Of a stretch of DNA of 64,000 nucleotides, positions 12,783-25,192 are shown one piece after another. Location: assembly GCF_006345805.1 (NCBI RefSeq), contig NC_043010.1, positions 40,920,001-40,984,000 on the forward strand. Reading direction: 5' to 3'. The notes under the pieces are model-generated. The model was not told where the DNA came from. It did not search any database and saw nothing but the letters and a program-made list of their open reading frames with translations. How positions within the stretch are numbered: the first letter of the stretch is position 1; each line of letters opens with the position of its first letter. Position numbers and translations under genes: made by a program. The stretch comes from Octopus sinensis. Its lineage: Eukaryota.

Positions 12783-15287
12783 GGTAAATTTTATTTTCAA
12801 AATGGACCAATTGCACTTGTACTTATGTTCCCTGTATAAAAGTGCAAGTCATGGCGGTAAATTGCATATCTACTTATGTACCGTACGCTCGTGCGAGACA
12901 TATGCAGCGAACGCTCAAGTGAGATATATGTGTCGAATGCGCATGCGCTATCAATGTATCAAATGTTCACGCGCCAGTTATACATCCCCCATGCAGTTAT
13001 ACATTCCACCTCTTCAGTTATATACCCAATGCGCATGTGCCACTTATGGACCCCATGCGCTTGTTCTGCTTATGTTACCGAAATGTAAGCCACGTGAACT
13101 TGTTATATATCAACGAGCATGCGCTGCTTGCGTACACAAGGAAAATGTAAAGTAGCTAGCTTGTAAGCGGCATGCAAAACGTACAAAACCTCTTGTAATA
13201 TGAGCTGATTAGCATATAATTTATTTGCTTATTTCTATAAATAACTACCCTTTGAATCAATAAATCGCACATGTTCTAAACATACAGTATCGCAAGGAAG
13301 GAGATATTCTCCGATGATGAAAAACAACAGCGAGCAGCATATTCCCGTTCGAATCAGCCAGAACACATTACAAATAAATAGATACGTTATTACTTGGATT
13401 CTCCCTGTTCTGCTTACATTTCATGAATTATAGAAACGACTGCTTTCTCGGGAGTTAAAAGGTTGTGAGTGACGCAACACGGCAACACTCATCACTGAGA
13501 TAAAATAACATGTGAGGACATATTATTCAAACGTCAACGAAATTACAGTTGACTGGTTGAATTTATTTCATCAAAAATCGTAAAACTTTTGTTACACTTT
13601 GAGGAAGATCCACCTTTGTTTCTAAACGTGGTATTTAATGGACATCAAATATCAAATCGCTTTTCACACTATACACAAACCATACATTCCAGTACTGCAG
13701 TGTACCGAACGTTTGAATATTTTGTCAGCAAAATATATTTCAACTCAATGTTGAGAGAGCTGATTCACTTAGATACAGCTTTAAGTTGTGGGGAACCAAT
13801 AATTTCGATTATTGAGTATCCATTTGATCTCAACATCTTCAAAGATATTCCTTCATCTCCCCAATGTGCTTTTGTGTGCATACCTATGTATGTATGCATT
13901 TATGTGTATGTATGTATATATATAACATGGTGTCTATTGTGTTATATATATATGTAAAGGTATGTATGACGAGCATACGTACATTATTACATACGCATCA
14001 TTATATACATTACTATATATGTATGTATGGTGAGTGTATATACATATGCGTGTGTGAGTGTGTGTATTTATGAGTATATATACACACACTCACATTTATA
14101 AACACATATACATGTATGTGTTCATACACATTCATGTATATATATATAGAGAGAGAGATGACTATAGATACGACTATAAATATACGTGTGTATATATATA
14201 TTCAGATATGCATAGGTATATGTTCATATATATATGCATGTATGTATTTATACACATACAGATATAAAGTATATACATACGCGCGTACGCACACACACAG
14301 TATATATATTCATATTCTTACATGTATACATGCGTGTGTGCGTATCTATGCTTGCAATAACACTTGAGCTGAAATTTCCCCCTTCGATGGAGACATAAAA
14401 CGCAAAACCTAGTATTAAATTTCGACAGCTCGCAAAGAAAATTTGAGATAATTTCCAGGAAATTAGTGTAAATTTTACATAATTAGGATAAAATCTAATG
14501 TTCTGTTAGCAAGCAATGGGACAGCTATTGGCACACGATTGCCATTGTTGTGAGAATCACGCACACAAATACTAGCCGGCAGCTATCTAACTAATGCGTA
14601 CGTGCAAGTTACGTAACTAGTGCTCGTACATCAGGTTGACACCTAATACGTGTATGTATATTATATATTTGTATATATGCATAAATTATATATTTAGGTC
14701 CTGAACTGCGCTCATGCTGACACAGTGTTTTCAGGATTATATTGATTTACATATTTTATCTGTTATCAATTTCATCGACTTCAGAATCTAAGACAGATTT
14801 TTATGAGGAAAATACACAAATTCTATTGCCTTATACATTATAATGTTTGAAAGGACACAATAAACTCACATAATTAGGAAATAAAAATGCGTTTTGTGGT
14901 GACTAGTAATTTGTTACATTGGCAAACACATCAAATGTGTATGTGTGTGTATGACAGATAATGAATAATTACTTAAATATTCGTAATCTAAATTCAGAGA
15001 ACAATGTCTATAGACGTATGTGCGTACCAATACACGCTAACACGGGCCCTAAAAATTTCCCGGTTGGTGTCTGGCGTGCTGGAAGACCACTGGAAGTGAG
15101 GCTCCCTCAGCTTTTGTCAAATTTTGTCCCTAAGAAAAGGTCAATCTTATATAAAAGCATATAAGCAGTGAGTGGCATTGAACATTCTGGGAATGTTTTT
15201 TGAAAGAATGACGCTCCCATATTTCTAAGTCTGCTGTCCATTTGGATCTATATGGACACTAGATATCTTGCCCTAGCTTGTCTCTGG

Positions 15288-15571
15288 ATCATGCCCTGGC
15301 TTGTCTGTACAAGGTTGTTTATGGAAGACCAGCAGTCGCCCAGGCATAACCGACATCCCCTCTTCACGCCACCGATGTTATCCAAGGAAAAGATAAAGGC
15401 CAATACAGCAAGGCACCAGTGACGTCGCAATTCATTTCTACATATGAGTGAACTGGAGCAACGTGGAATGAAGGATCTTGATCAAGAGCACAACACACAG
15501 CCCGGTCCGAGAATTAAACACAACCCCACGAATGTGAGCGTGAGGCTCTAACCACTGAGCCATTCACCTTC
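15288..15571 (-). mobile_element. S2a SINE
   Basis: Homologous to 1469-1789: ctaaccactgagcca, gagtgaactggagcaacgt, gttatccaagg. Confidence 0.8.
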
Positions 15572-16110
15572 ACTAAGAGATGGTACAGTCGTATAAAAAA
15601 GTCTGAAGTCTGGTCGGCTCAATCTCTGTTGTGCTACTGATTTTATAGCTGTTCACACTCGTGCAACTAACTAATCTACTTAGTCATTGAAATATAGTTT
15701 AAGTGTCTAACTTTTACCGTAATCCTTAAAAATGTCACCTTGACACAATTTGTCACAAAATTGGCTCTGAATTACATGCACAGTCTATCCGACGGGCTTT
15801 TACCATTTCCCTCAACTCCGTTTTACTCATAAGGCTCAAATCGATCCGAAGCTATGGTAAAAAAAAAAAAAAACACCTACTTGCCCTTGACGTCACACGG
15901 TGAGGTTGAACATTGAACAGTATTGGGCGAATGTAACGCTTTAATCATTTGCCTATGTCTTATTTTTAGAGGTATACACGCATACATAATTTATATACAT
16001 ACAAAATATAGATACCTATTATGAATACTTTAGATCGCACGCACTTATTGAACCGTCTTCATTTGAAGAGGCCTTCTCACTTTGTTAGTATAACATATAT
16101 GTGAATGTGA

Positions 16111-16430
16111 AGGCGTGTGGCTTAGTGTTTAGGGCATTCCGCTCACGATCCTAAGGTCTTGAGTTCAATTCCAAGCGACACGTTGTGTCCTTGAGCAAGA
16201 CACTTTATTTCACGTTGCTTCAGTCCACCCAACTGGCAAAAATGAGTAGTGCCTGTATTTTAAAAGGCCAGCCTTTTCACACATTGTGTCACGCTGAATC
16301 TCCCAGAGAACTACGTTAAGGGTACGCGTGTCTGTGGAGTGCTCAGCCACTTACACGTAAATTTCACGAGTAAGCTGTTCCGTTGATCGTATCAGCTGAG
16401 ACCCGCGTCCTCGTAACCGACGGTGGACTC
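16111..16430 (+). mobile_element. S2c SINE (tRNA, CORE-like region, distinct 3' part)
   Basis: ggcgtgtggcttagtgtttaggg A box, gagttcaattcc B box; same family as 37739-38065. Confidence 0.85.
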
Positions 16431-16483
16431 CTTTATATGTATGTATATATATATATATATTATATATATATATATATATATAT

Positions 16484-16640
16484 TAGTTGAAATTTACAGA
16501 AAAACAAAACATGAAGACAGGTGTATAAGCAACAAACAGGTGAGAAAGTCTTTTACATTTCGAGCCTACGCTCTTCAGCGGAAAGGAACACGAGGAAATA
16601 AACAGAGAAAGAATAAAAAGAAAATTTGGAGCTAGTGGTC
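16484..16640 (-). mobile_element. Penelope-like element terminal (pLTR) fragment, family A, with degenerate hammerhead motif
   Basis: Same sequence as 41186-41360, which is contiguous with a GIY-YIG ORF end; minus strand cttt CCGCUGA A GAGC GUAG GCUC GAAAUGUA aaag; abuts (TA)n. Confidence 0.7.
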
Positions 16641-16723
16641 AGTGGCTTGTTTGCAATTTTACAACCGATAGGTAGAAATATCTATCACTAAAGTGACTGG
16701 GGTCACAAGTCATCGCTAATATA

Positions 16724-16902
16724 GCTAGAAATAAGAGTTAAAATAACTCATAGCCACGTGAAGCACCTAGCCAGACCACAGCGATTCCACTGTGATTGAA
16801 TTGAGCCTTATGGGCATAACTGTGGTCTGACTTGCCTCTCGTGTTAGTCATTAGGATAAGTGTTTCATATGACTATGAGTTGTTTTAACTCTTATTTCTA
16901 GC
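16724..16902. mobile_element. Fold-back/MITE-like element with 30-bp terminal inverted repeats
   Basis: gctagaaataagagttaaaataactcatag vs ctatgagttgttttaactcttatttctagc (1 mismatch); inner cagaccacag/ctgtggtctg; no clear TSD. Confidence 0.7.
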
Positions 16903-16939
16903 AATGCTAAAGCAGAATAGCGCTCTCAGTCGCTTTAGT

Positions 16940-17022
<83 letters not shown>
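16940..17022. repeat. (CA)n(TA)n microsatellite
   Basis: Direct. Confidence 0.95.
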
Positions 17023-17025
<3 letters not shown>

Positions 17026-17163
17026 GTGTCACGCTAGACATAGCTGTACAGTTTTCTTAGTATCGATATAGCAATACCTAATAACGAATTGTTAGACTGA
17101 AGAAACGTATTGTTACTACACCGTGTAGCAGAAATTACGTAACTCCTGTTCATTTATCATATA

Positions 17164-17542
17164 CTAGCAGTATCGCCCGGCGTTGCTCAGGTTTGTAAGG
17201 GAAAAAACTACAAAGCATTTTTAGAGAGTTATAGCCAAAAAGTAGCCAAAAAATGGAAAAAATATGGTAAATTTTTTTTTGAGAGTTAAAAAAGAATGGA
17301 GTTGCGTCCCCTAGACAGTTTGTCGTTCGTGATTCTGATTCTCGACCCCATGTCGAATTTATCGATTTTTTTCAGAACTGGGGGAACTTTTCAAAATTTT
17401 GGCTGCGTTAGTTTTGAATTATGACGTTGGGCTATGTGTGTGTCAAGTTTCATCAGAATCGGTTGAAAGCCGTGGTCAAGGTGAGGGTAGAAGCAAACAG
17501 ACACACAGAAACACGCACAGACAAACTGCCGTTTATATATAG

Positions 17543-17543
<1 letters not shown>
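17164..17543 (-). mobile_element. Non-autonomous Helitron (about 380 bp)
   Basis: Minus strand starts A|TCTATATATAAA and ends in a GC-rich imperfect hairpin (ctgagcaacgccggg), then CTAG|T; AT insertion site, no TSD. Confidence 0.85.
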
Positions 17544-17573
<30 letters not shown>

Positions 17574-18109
17574 ATATTTATTATAGTAATATGTTGCTAG
17601 AGTACGTAATATAGTGAGCCAGACAATTTGATTATTACCTAAGCTTAGAACTCCGTTGATAAGAACACAAGTTTAACACCTACGAAACATTAGGCTGAGA
17701 ATATTTTCAGCAAGAGCAAAACTTGACAAATTTACTTGCGTATGTGTGTGTGTGTACATGCGCGCTTGTCGTTCGTTCTCGACGTGCGTAGAAACTATAC
17801 ATTAAACCAATGGTCACCAGGTTTAACTTATAATGGTTTTATACAATAAATGAACTACCATGTCTAATGCTCATCTCACACAAACACACGGAAATACTGA
17901 CTCTAAAATTATTTCTGTAACAAATACTTTTCCGTGACTTAACCCTTTCGTGTGCGTGTGTGAGTGAGTGTATTTGCATGTGTAGAAAGACCGATAGGTA
18001 AAAGCCAGACTAATGTAAGTACTGTAGATCGATATGATCAACTAAATCAATCCATGGAGGCATTGACTCAGCATGGCTACAGTCCAATGACTTACACCAT
18101 TAAAGGAAT

Positions 18110-18124
18110 ATTTGACTATATATA

Positions 18125-18184
<60 letters not shown>

Positions 18185-18502
18185 GTATGTATGCGTGTAC
18201 CTGTATTTATATACATGTGTATTTACATTTGTGTGTATAATTTTACAATGATTTCAAAGTTTCACTTTCTGTTGGCGCGGTTGTTGTCTAACTTTATTCA
18301 GTTAACGCTCACGAGTTATATAATTATATAAACAGTCTTTATGTGTTTATATGTATGTGCGCATGTTCGTGTGTGTGTATTTGTATATGTAAATGTGTGC
18401 ATCTGTGTGTGTGTGTGTGTGTTGAACTTCATAAATAAATATACATATACGCTATCTGAATTTCTTTATCACTCTTTCATATGCATATATATGTGTGTGT
18501 GA

Positions 18503-18548
<46 letters not shown>

Positions 18549-18754
18549 GCAACTTTACTCATACACATACGAATACACATACATATATACACGCGCGCAC
18601 ACATTTATATACACACATATACATTTACTCGTAGACATATACAAATACATATACACACATGCTTGTACACTTGTGTATGCAAATACATATATGCATTATA
18701 TTACACACATAATATGTATGTATATATATATATATGTGTGTGAGAGAGAGAAAG

Positions 18755-18810
<56 letters not shown>

Positions 18811-18840
18811 GTGTGTGTGTGTGTGTGTGTGTGTGTTTCG
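18110..18840. repeat. Cluster of (TA)n, (CA)n, (GA)n and (TG)n microsatellites
   Basis: Direct. Confidence 0.9.
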
Positions 18841-19189
18841 TGGGCCTATGCACGCGAATTTCAATCTGTTGAACTGAACAGCGATAATCAGGAACTAGTT
18901 TTCTCTCTCTCTCTCGAAGCTGAAAGCAATAGCTAGAATCTCAACCCCGTACCTGATACTTTATCGTCTATCGATTAGTCCGGCTTTCAAATCTTGAAAC
19001 CGGAGTCCATTCTCGATGATATCGTGCAAGCTGTTAATGTAATGGCAGCTTAGTTGAGGGGGTGGAGAGGGAGGATCGTCAGCTTACGGGAACAGCCAAC
19101 GTTAAATGTATAGATGTAAGTGGCTGGTGTGTGCGTGCGTGCATGTTCGAGTGAATGAGTGTATGCGTGAGTGGAAAGCGGTCGGAAAC

Positions 19190-19191
19190 GG

Positions 19192-19228
<37 letters not shown>

Positions 19229-19720
19229 GTTGTAGTTGTTGTTAGTAGTGCTGGTGGTTGTGGTATTCTTGGAGAAGTAGTGAAGATGAGTTTGGTGGAG
19301 ACGAAGGAGGTGGAACGATGCTCTTTGGTGGAGGCTGTGCATATTGTCGTTCACCTTTCATATATATACTTACGTGGGGATTTTCGTAGTAGAGGTGGTG
19401 GGGGTTTGTCGTAGTGGTAGCAGTAGTAGTGGTGGTGATGGTGAAGCTATTAGTTGTAGTGTTTGATTATGGCGTTGATAGTGGCGGTAGATGCATTTTT
19501 GAAAATGGCGCTTATAGTTATAGCTGTAATCATGATGATCATGGTGGTGGTGAAGATGACGTTTTTGGTGGTGGTGCTGCTGGTGGCAGTGGTTGTGATG
19601 GAGGGAGCGATGGTGATAAGGGGACAGGAGGGAGTTAAGAAGCGTCACTTTGTATGAGGAGGACAGATGATTCAATGAAGAGGGGGGAGATGGATTGGTT
19701 GACATTTAATGTGGAGAGGA
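19190..19720. repeat. Low-complexity (TAT)n then degenerate (GGT/GAT/GTA)n tract
   Basis: Trinucleotide periodicity; source of the Gly/Asp/His-rich spurious ORFs. Confidence 0.8.
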
Positions 19721-21089
19721 GGAGGGGATGAATGACAGAGATGATGAGGATTTATTGCTGTTGTGAATGTAGTTAATTGGTTTATATATATATATATAAT
19801 ATACATATTTGTGTGTGTTGCATGTATGTACATATATATTTATATACACATGTATTCATATACATATCCATGTGCATATGTATTCATTAACATTTATATA
19901 TATACACATATATACAGGCATGCATTGGCGTGTATATGTATATGCAGGCATATACATAGACGCACACACATATAGACTAACATCTACACAAATATACATA
20001 TATGCTTACACACACACCACACACACACACACATACACACACGTAAGTATAAACTAGAATGAGAAAAGAGCGGATTCAATACTGAAATTAAGGCGGTATA
20101 ATTTATTGATGGCTGTTTATACACAAATCGTTACTCCTGGTTTCTAATTGACGACTTTCGTTTAATCTGTTATTGTCTTGAAATAAAATCTGTAATTTAT
20201 CGCTTAAACACAGCTTAGAGCGCTGACTTGAACGGAAAGTAGACATATGAAATGGTATGAGTTGAGCTTTGGATTTCAAATGCTACACCACATCTTTTTA
20301 GATGTATTTGAAAAATTTCCCTTCAAGATTCTTAAGCAAATAAACATAGGGATGAAATTGAATAACGAAGTAGCTGCCGTTCAAAATATGTAATTCTGAG
20401 AGGGACTGGTATTATGCGTTCACATTTTGTACAGTTGTAAACTTTACAACATGAATATGTTATCTTAATCATATTTCTCTCAAAAACCTTATAATTGATC
20501 GAAAAATAATAAAGTTCAGTTTAAGAAATCTTCGATGTATGGACTTTGTGATGGATTATAACACTCAATATTTCTTAGCCTGTTTTTACCTTTGGAAACA
20601 TTGGTCCGGGTTGTGTATTTTATTTAATGTGTAATGTCATAGTCAGTTTCCTTAAAATAATGAGAACTAATAAGTGCAACCTTTATCTGAAGATAAGGAG
20701 TGTATAGGAAAACATTGGGATTAAATGTGTACGAATATGGCGAGTTGGTAGAATTATTATGAGTTTTTTTTAATGTTTTCTGTAAGGATATAATTTAACG
20801 CAGTATCCAAAATATTAAAGATGTCAAAGTCAATATCTGCTATGAATCTCTTCCTATTTTTCTTAATTAACTCTGAGGGGTACTTTTCTAATTCATCTAG
20901 CTCGCGATCATTGAGATTACTCGTGACTCTTAGACCATCGGTTTTGGATAATCCTCTTCGCAAGGTAGGGAAACAAAAATGTCTAAAATATAAATTCCAG
21001 TACGTTCCTCTGCTTGTATTCTGTGCCATTCTGGGATAACATGAAACAATCAAATATTTTTTTACGAAAAGGGAATTAACTCTACTCAC

Positions 21090-21248
21090 CGGTTTACATC
21101 GCTATACATTCACAAAGCCGACACATATGTGCAATGTATGAGTACACAAGAGGAAGAAAATAGAGTAGAGTACTCAATACTGAAAATAGAGACAATTTAT
21201 TGGAAGATGAATCTTTACAACTGTTACTCAAAGGTCCACTTTGTCGGT
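21090..21248 (-). CDS. Candidate internal or last coding exon (51 codons then stop) ending in a hydrophobic, GPI-signal/TM-like segment
   Basis: Acceptor ttttcataacag| at 21249-21260 and donor |GTGAGT at 21084-21089. Only one frame is open: DRQSGPLSNSCKDSSSNKLSLFSVLSTLLYFLPLVYSYIAHMCRLCECIAM*. No homologue recognised. Confidence 0.3.
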
Positions 21249-22434
21249 CTGTTATGAAAAGTATTACATGACATTCCAGATACAAAAAAAACAGTCAATA
21301 AAATTATTTAGTTGACAGAAAACGCGCAACAAATAGAGAATGCCTGTATTTATTGTCCCCAAGCCGACAAATGCCTTTGTGAGTGAAATTAGGAAACGGA
21401 AACTGCGTGAATGCCTTGTATTTATTGACTCACTCCCACACACGTGCGTAATGATACGTCAAGATTTAAGAAAGATATGGACAAGTTTAATACTCAAAGT
21501 AGATCGATTTCCTAAAATCCATCGTCATAAATATGGGAGACGAAATCCGGATAAACAAGATGTGGATACAGGAAATGCAAAATAAAGCTAATATAATATA
21601 AAAGATGTGCAAGCAAATCGTTTGGGAATAAGTTACACAAATACTCATATAAGTAAGCAAGAAGATAGACTGTAGCTAGGTAGATTTTCGAAAGATTAAA
21701 AAGCGTAAAAACAATTGTGAAGAAAGACGAAAATTCAAGGTAGCCCTTTACAGCTGTTTCGGAAATTTGTTTACAAATAGATGCAATAATGTGTATTATA
21801 CATACTACATAGATATGTACTAAATTAGTATTAACAAATAAGTATGAAATAAACCAAATCTCTGGATATTCACCGATTTAATATGTATTTCCATGCACTA
21901 ACTTCTTGCTTTCCGTTTAATTCCGTTTATATGCATATTTGTGTACTTTATAAGTAATTGAGTGCCATAAATAACTGCTTGTCCATCCGTTACTAAAATG
22001 TGATCCGCAGAGTACATCATAATTAACGTTAAGCAAGTTATTTTTCACTAAAATTGTTCAAAAATCTTAAAGTATACGATAGACCATTTCAGGCTACGAC
22101 CATTAAGTCAAATAATAAAGTTAAATAAATAATACGTAAAGAACAAACTTCTGATGCACGATATAAAGGAAAATATGCATAATCATATCACATATATGTC
22201 TGTGTGCAGGTGTCTGTGTGCGTGCGTGCGTGTGTATGTATATATATATATATATAATATTGTTCTCACATAACTTTTTAGAGTTAAGTACATCTCCCAG
22301 TGCAACGTGGCATTATTGATATTTCTATTTTTGCTGTTGCTGAGACGTGTTTTTTTTTCTCCAATCAAGATCATCATGATCTTTGCTATCATCATTTTTA
22401 TGATTTTCTTCATTTCATACCCTTACGATTAATG

Positions 22435-22790
22435 ACATGGAATTGGTGATAGCGGTGAATTGCATTGGGTTGCTATTACTGGTGAGGATGCTAGTGAAGT
22501 TGATGATGGCGATGACAGGAATGTAGCTGGTGGTGAGATTAGCTGTGATGGTGGTGACGATGTTGTTGATGGTAATAGTGTTGATAGTGAGAACGATGAG
22601 AGTATTGACAGTGATGAAAATATAATTGCATGGTGGTGTTGATGCACGATTTGTGGTGACGTTTTGGGGGAGCTGATAATGGTGATGGTAATAGTAGATA
22701 GTGATGTCGATGGTGAAGATGACGGTGTTGATAATGACACAGCAGTGATAATGACGATGCTGATCTCACTAATGGTATCTAATATACACA
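22435..22790. repeat. Degenerate (GAT/GGT)n low-complexity tract
   Basis: Trinucleotide periodicity. Confidence 0.8.
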
Positions 22791-22804
22791 CAAGGCCTGC
22801 GGTA

Positions 22805-23310
22805 GACTATATCGATCTAAGTTCTTGACAGGTACTTAATTTTATCGACAAAGAAAGGATGAAAGAGTTGAATCCGGTGGGATTTGAACCCAGATGGCAG
22901 AAACACCGCGAAGCATTTTTTCCGGCTTTATATCGATTGTGCCAGCTCCCACTTTAATGGTGATATTAAAAATAATGATTTTAATTTTTAATCCAAGGCC
23001 AGCAGTTTTAACAGGAGGTGGCAAGACGATGTATTCCAGTACTTGACTAATAATTATTTTATCGCCCCCGAAAGGCTGTCAGGCAAAGTCGACCATGACA
23101 GAATTGGGATTCAGAATGTTCGGAAATAATATTAATAATGGTTTCTAGAGAGTGGTAAGTCGATTATATCGACCCCCAGGGCTCAACTAGTATTGATTTT
23201 ATCGCTCACGAAAGAATGAAATGTTAAGTCAACCTCGGCGGAATTTGAACTCAGAACGTAAAGACGGACGAAAGGCCCGGCCTGCTAACGCTTCAGCCAG
23301 GTCGCCACCC
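22805..23310 (-). mobile_element. Three partial S3 SINE copies in tandem
   Basis: Repeated tttatcga...aaag(g)atg...gtc(g)acc and ggaatttgaactcagaacg motifs. Confidence 0.75.
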
Positions 23311-23689
23311 TACTAATAATAATATTAATAATAACAGTGATGATAACGATAAGTGAAAAAGCAATACGTTTTCAAGCTCTGTACTGAGGGCATAGTTTAA
23401 CAAGATCAAACTTTTACTCCAGACATAGAAATTTAATTTTCTATAAATCTAATTACTCCTTTACTTTTTTATCGGTTCCAGCCAGCGGCTGTGCCCATGT
23501 TGAGACACTGGTATTAATTCTTAATTACTTGGAATTATCTCACAAATCTTTTAAAAGTCACTAACAAGCACTAGTATGTTTTCTTTCTGTTTTTTTTTGT
23601 TTTGTTTTGTTCTTGTTTTTTTACTTTTTTTCCAAAAATATTTTCCTACGTAAATCTGTACTTGAATTAACTAAATCCATACCACTGGC

Positions 23690-24118
23690 AGACGTATGAA
23701 TGTAAGATTAAGAAGGTCGTTTCGAAATCATAAGGTTTCGGGTTCAGTCCCACTGCGTGGCATTGAGGGTCAAAGTCTTCTACTTTAGCCCCCAAGCTGT
23801 CAAATGCCCTTGTGAGTGAAATTAGGAGACGGAAACTGCGTGAAGTCCATTGTGTGTATGTGTGTATATATATATATATATATAATGTACGTGATTTTGT
23901 GTCTATTTGTAGGCACGCATGCGTGAGTAGTTTGTTTTGTCCATACACGTTTGACAACCAGTGTTGGTTTATTTTCCCGTAACTTAGGTTTCGGTAAAAG
24001 TAACAGCTTAATTACTAGATTTAAAATGGTTAATTTTGGGGTCCATTTCTTCGATTAAGCCCGTCAAGCTGTTACCCCCAGCGTAACCCTGGTGCAATGA
24101 GTGAAATTAGTAAAATAA
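23690..24118 (+). mobile_element. Old S1 SINE copy
   Basis: gggttcagtcccactgcgtggca, ttgtgagtgaaattaggagacggaaactg, ttgacaacc and decayed tail. Confidence 0.7.
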
Positions 24119-24746
24119 TTAAAAAGTATGATTTCTTTCTTTTCGTTCATGTTTTGTAATTATGCAAATTAGTCTGACTAAAATCTTGGAAAATTATAAT
24201 TATCTTTCTATTCTTAAAACATTTCTTTCAGCCAATCAAAGCAGGCAAGACTAATACCGATAAGTATCAACAGGCCCACTGATAAAACTGTTTTCCTGCT
24301 AAGCATAAAATACGATTTTCTAGTAAACCGATTCTTAATACCTAGAGATATTATACAAGAATTATGCTGATAGAGACTTCATAGTTTCGTCCAAAACTTC
24401 GAAGTCCCTGTCAACAACATTCTTGTAAAAGAATAATAAATTGACACGCAACGAAAGTATAGAGAAACCCATCTGATTAATCGTTTTTATTATAACTGAA
24501 CATGCACACACACATATATCAATGGATGAGCTCTACGCGTGATAATTAAACATGCATACACAAACGATCACATACGTACACATACATTATATAAGCTACT
24601 CAAAGAGAGAAAGAGAAAGAGAGATAGGTATTTGCTTCTTTTATCATAAATGATCGCGTGAATAATAGATACTAGCAGAGGCACCCGGCATTGCCCGGGA
24701 ATTAAATTGTTCCTTATTTTCGTTTGTTATTATTATTTTGGTGGGG

Positions 24747-25179
24747 GGATCTTTTCGGTTTGAACGGCAGCTTTTTCTAGCGGTGTCATATGAAATTGTC
24801 ACCCATAATTATGACCCTAGTATCGATCTATTGCATGTCAATCTGTTTTAGGGTTAGGGTTAGTTAGGATTAGGGTTAGGGGTGGGGGGATGGGTATCTT
24901 TTTTTTTCTTCAGAAATGTAAATAAACCCAATCTGTTTCTTAAACGAGGGACATATTTATCCGGCACAGAATGTTTTCATCTCAATAGACGTCATTGATT
25001 GGTTGAAATTGCAGAAATTGAAGAAAAAACAACAAATATCTTACAAACCATAGAATTTTCTCAATAAAGCCAAGAGAAAAAGACGTTTTATAAACACATT
25101 CTACCAGTATACGAAGTTTAAAAGTGTTTAGTTATGTGGAAATTATTTTAAAAAACTGCCGTTCAAACCGAAAAGATCC
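24747..25179. mobile_element. MITE with 24-bp perfect TIR GGATCTTTTCGGTTTGAACGGCAG (Merlin-like by inference)
   Basis: TIRs at 24747-24770 and 25156-25179; internal TTAGGG repeats; no TSD. Confidence 0.85.
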
Positions 25180-25192
25180 TTTTTTTTTTGTA

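Noticed and set aside
17448-17460. CUGAUGA on the minus strand inside the small Helitron
   Set aside because: Part of the common aagtttcatcagaatcgg Helitron motif, with no GAAA or stems.
19370-19705. His-rich and Gly/Asp-rich ORFs (also 22429-22791)
   Set aside because: Degenerate trinucleotide low-complexity DNA with no splice or domain support.
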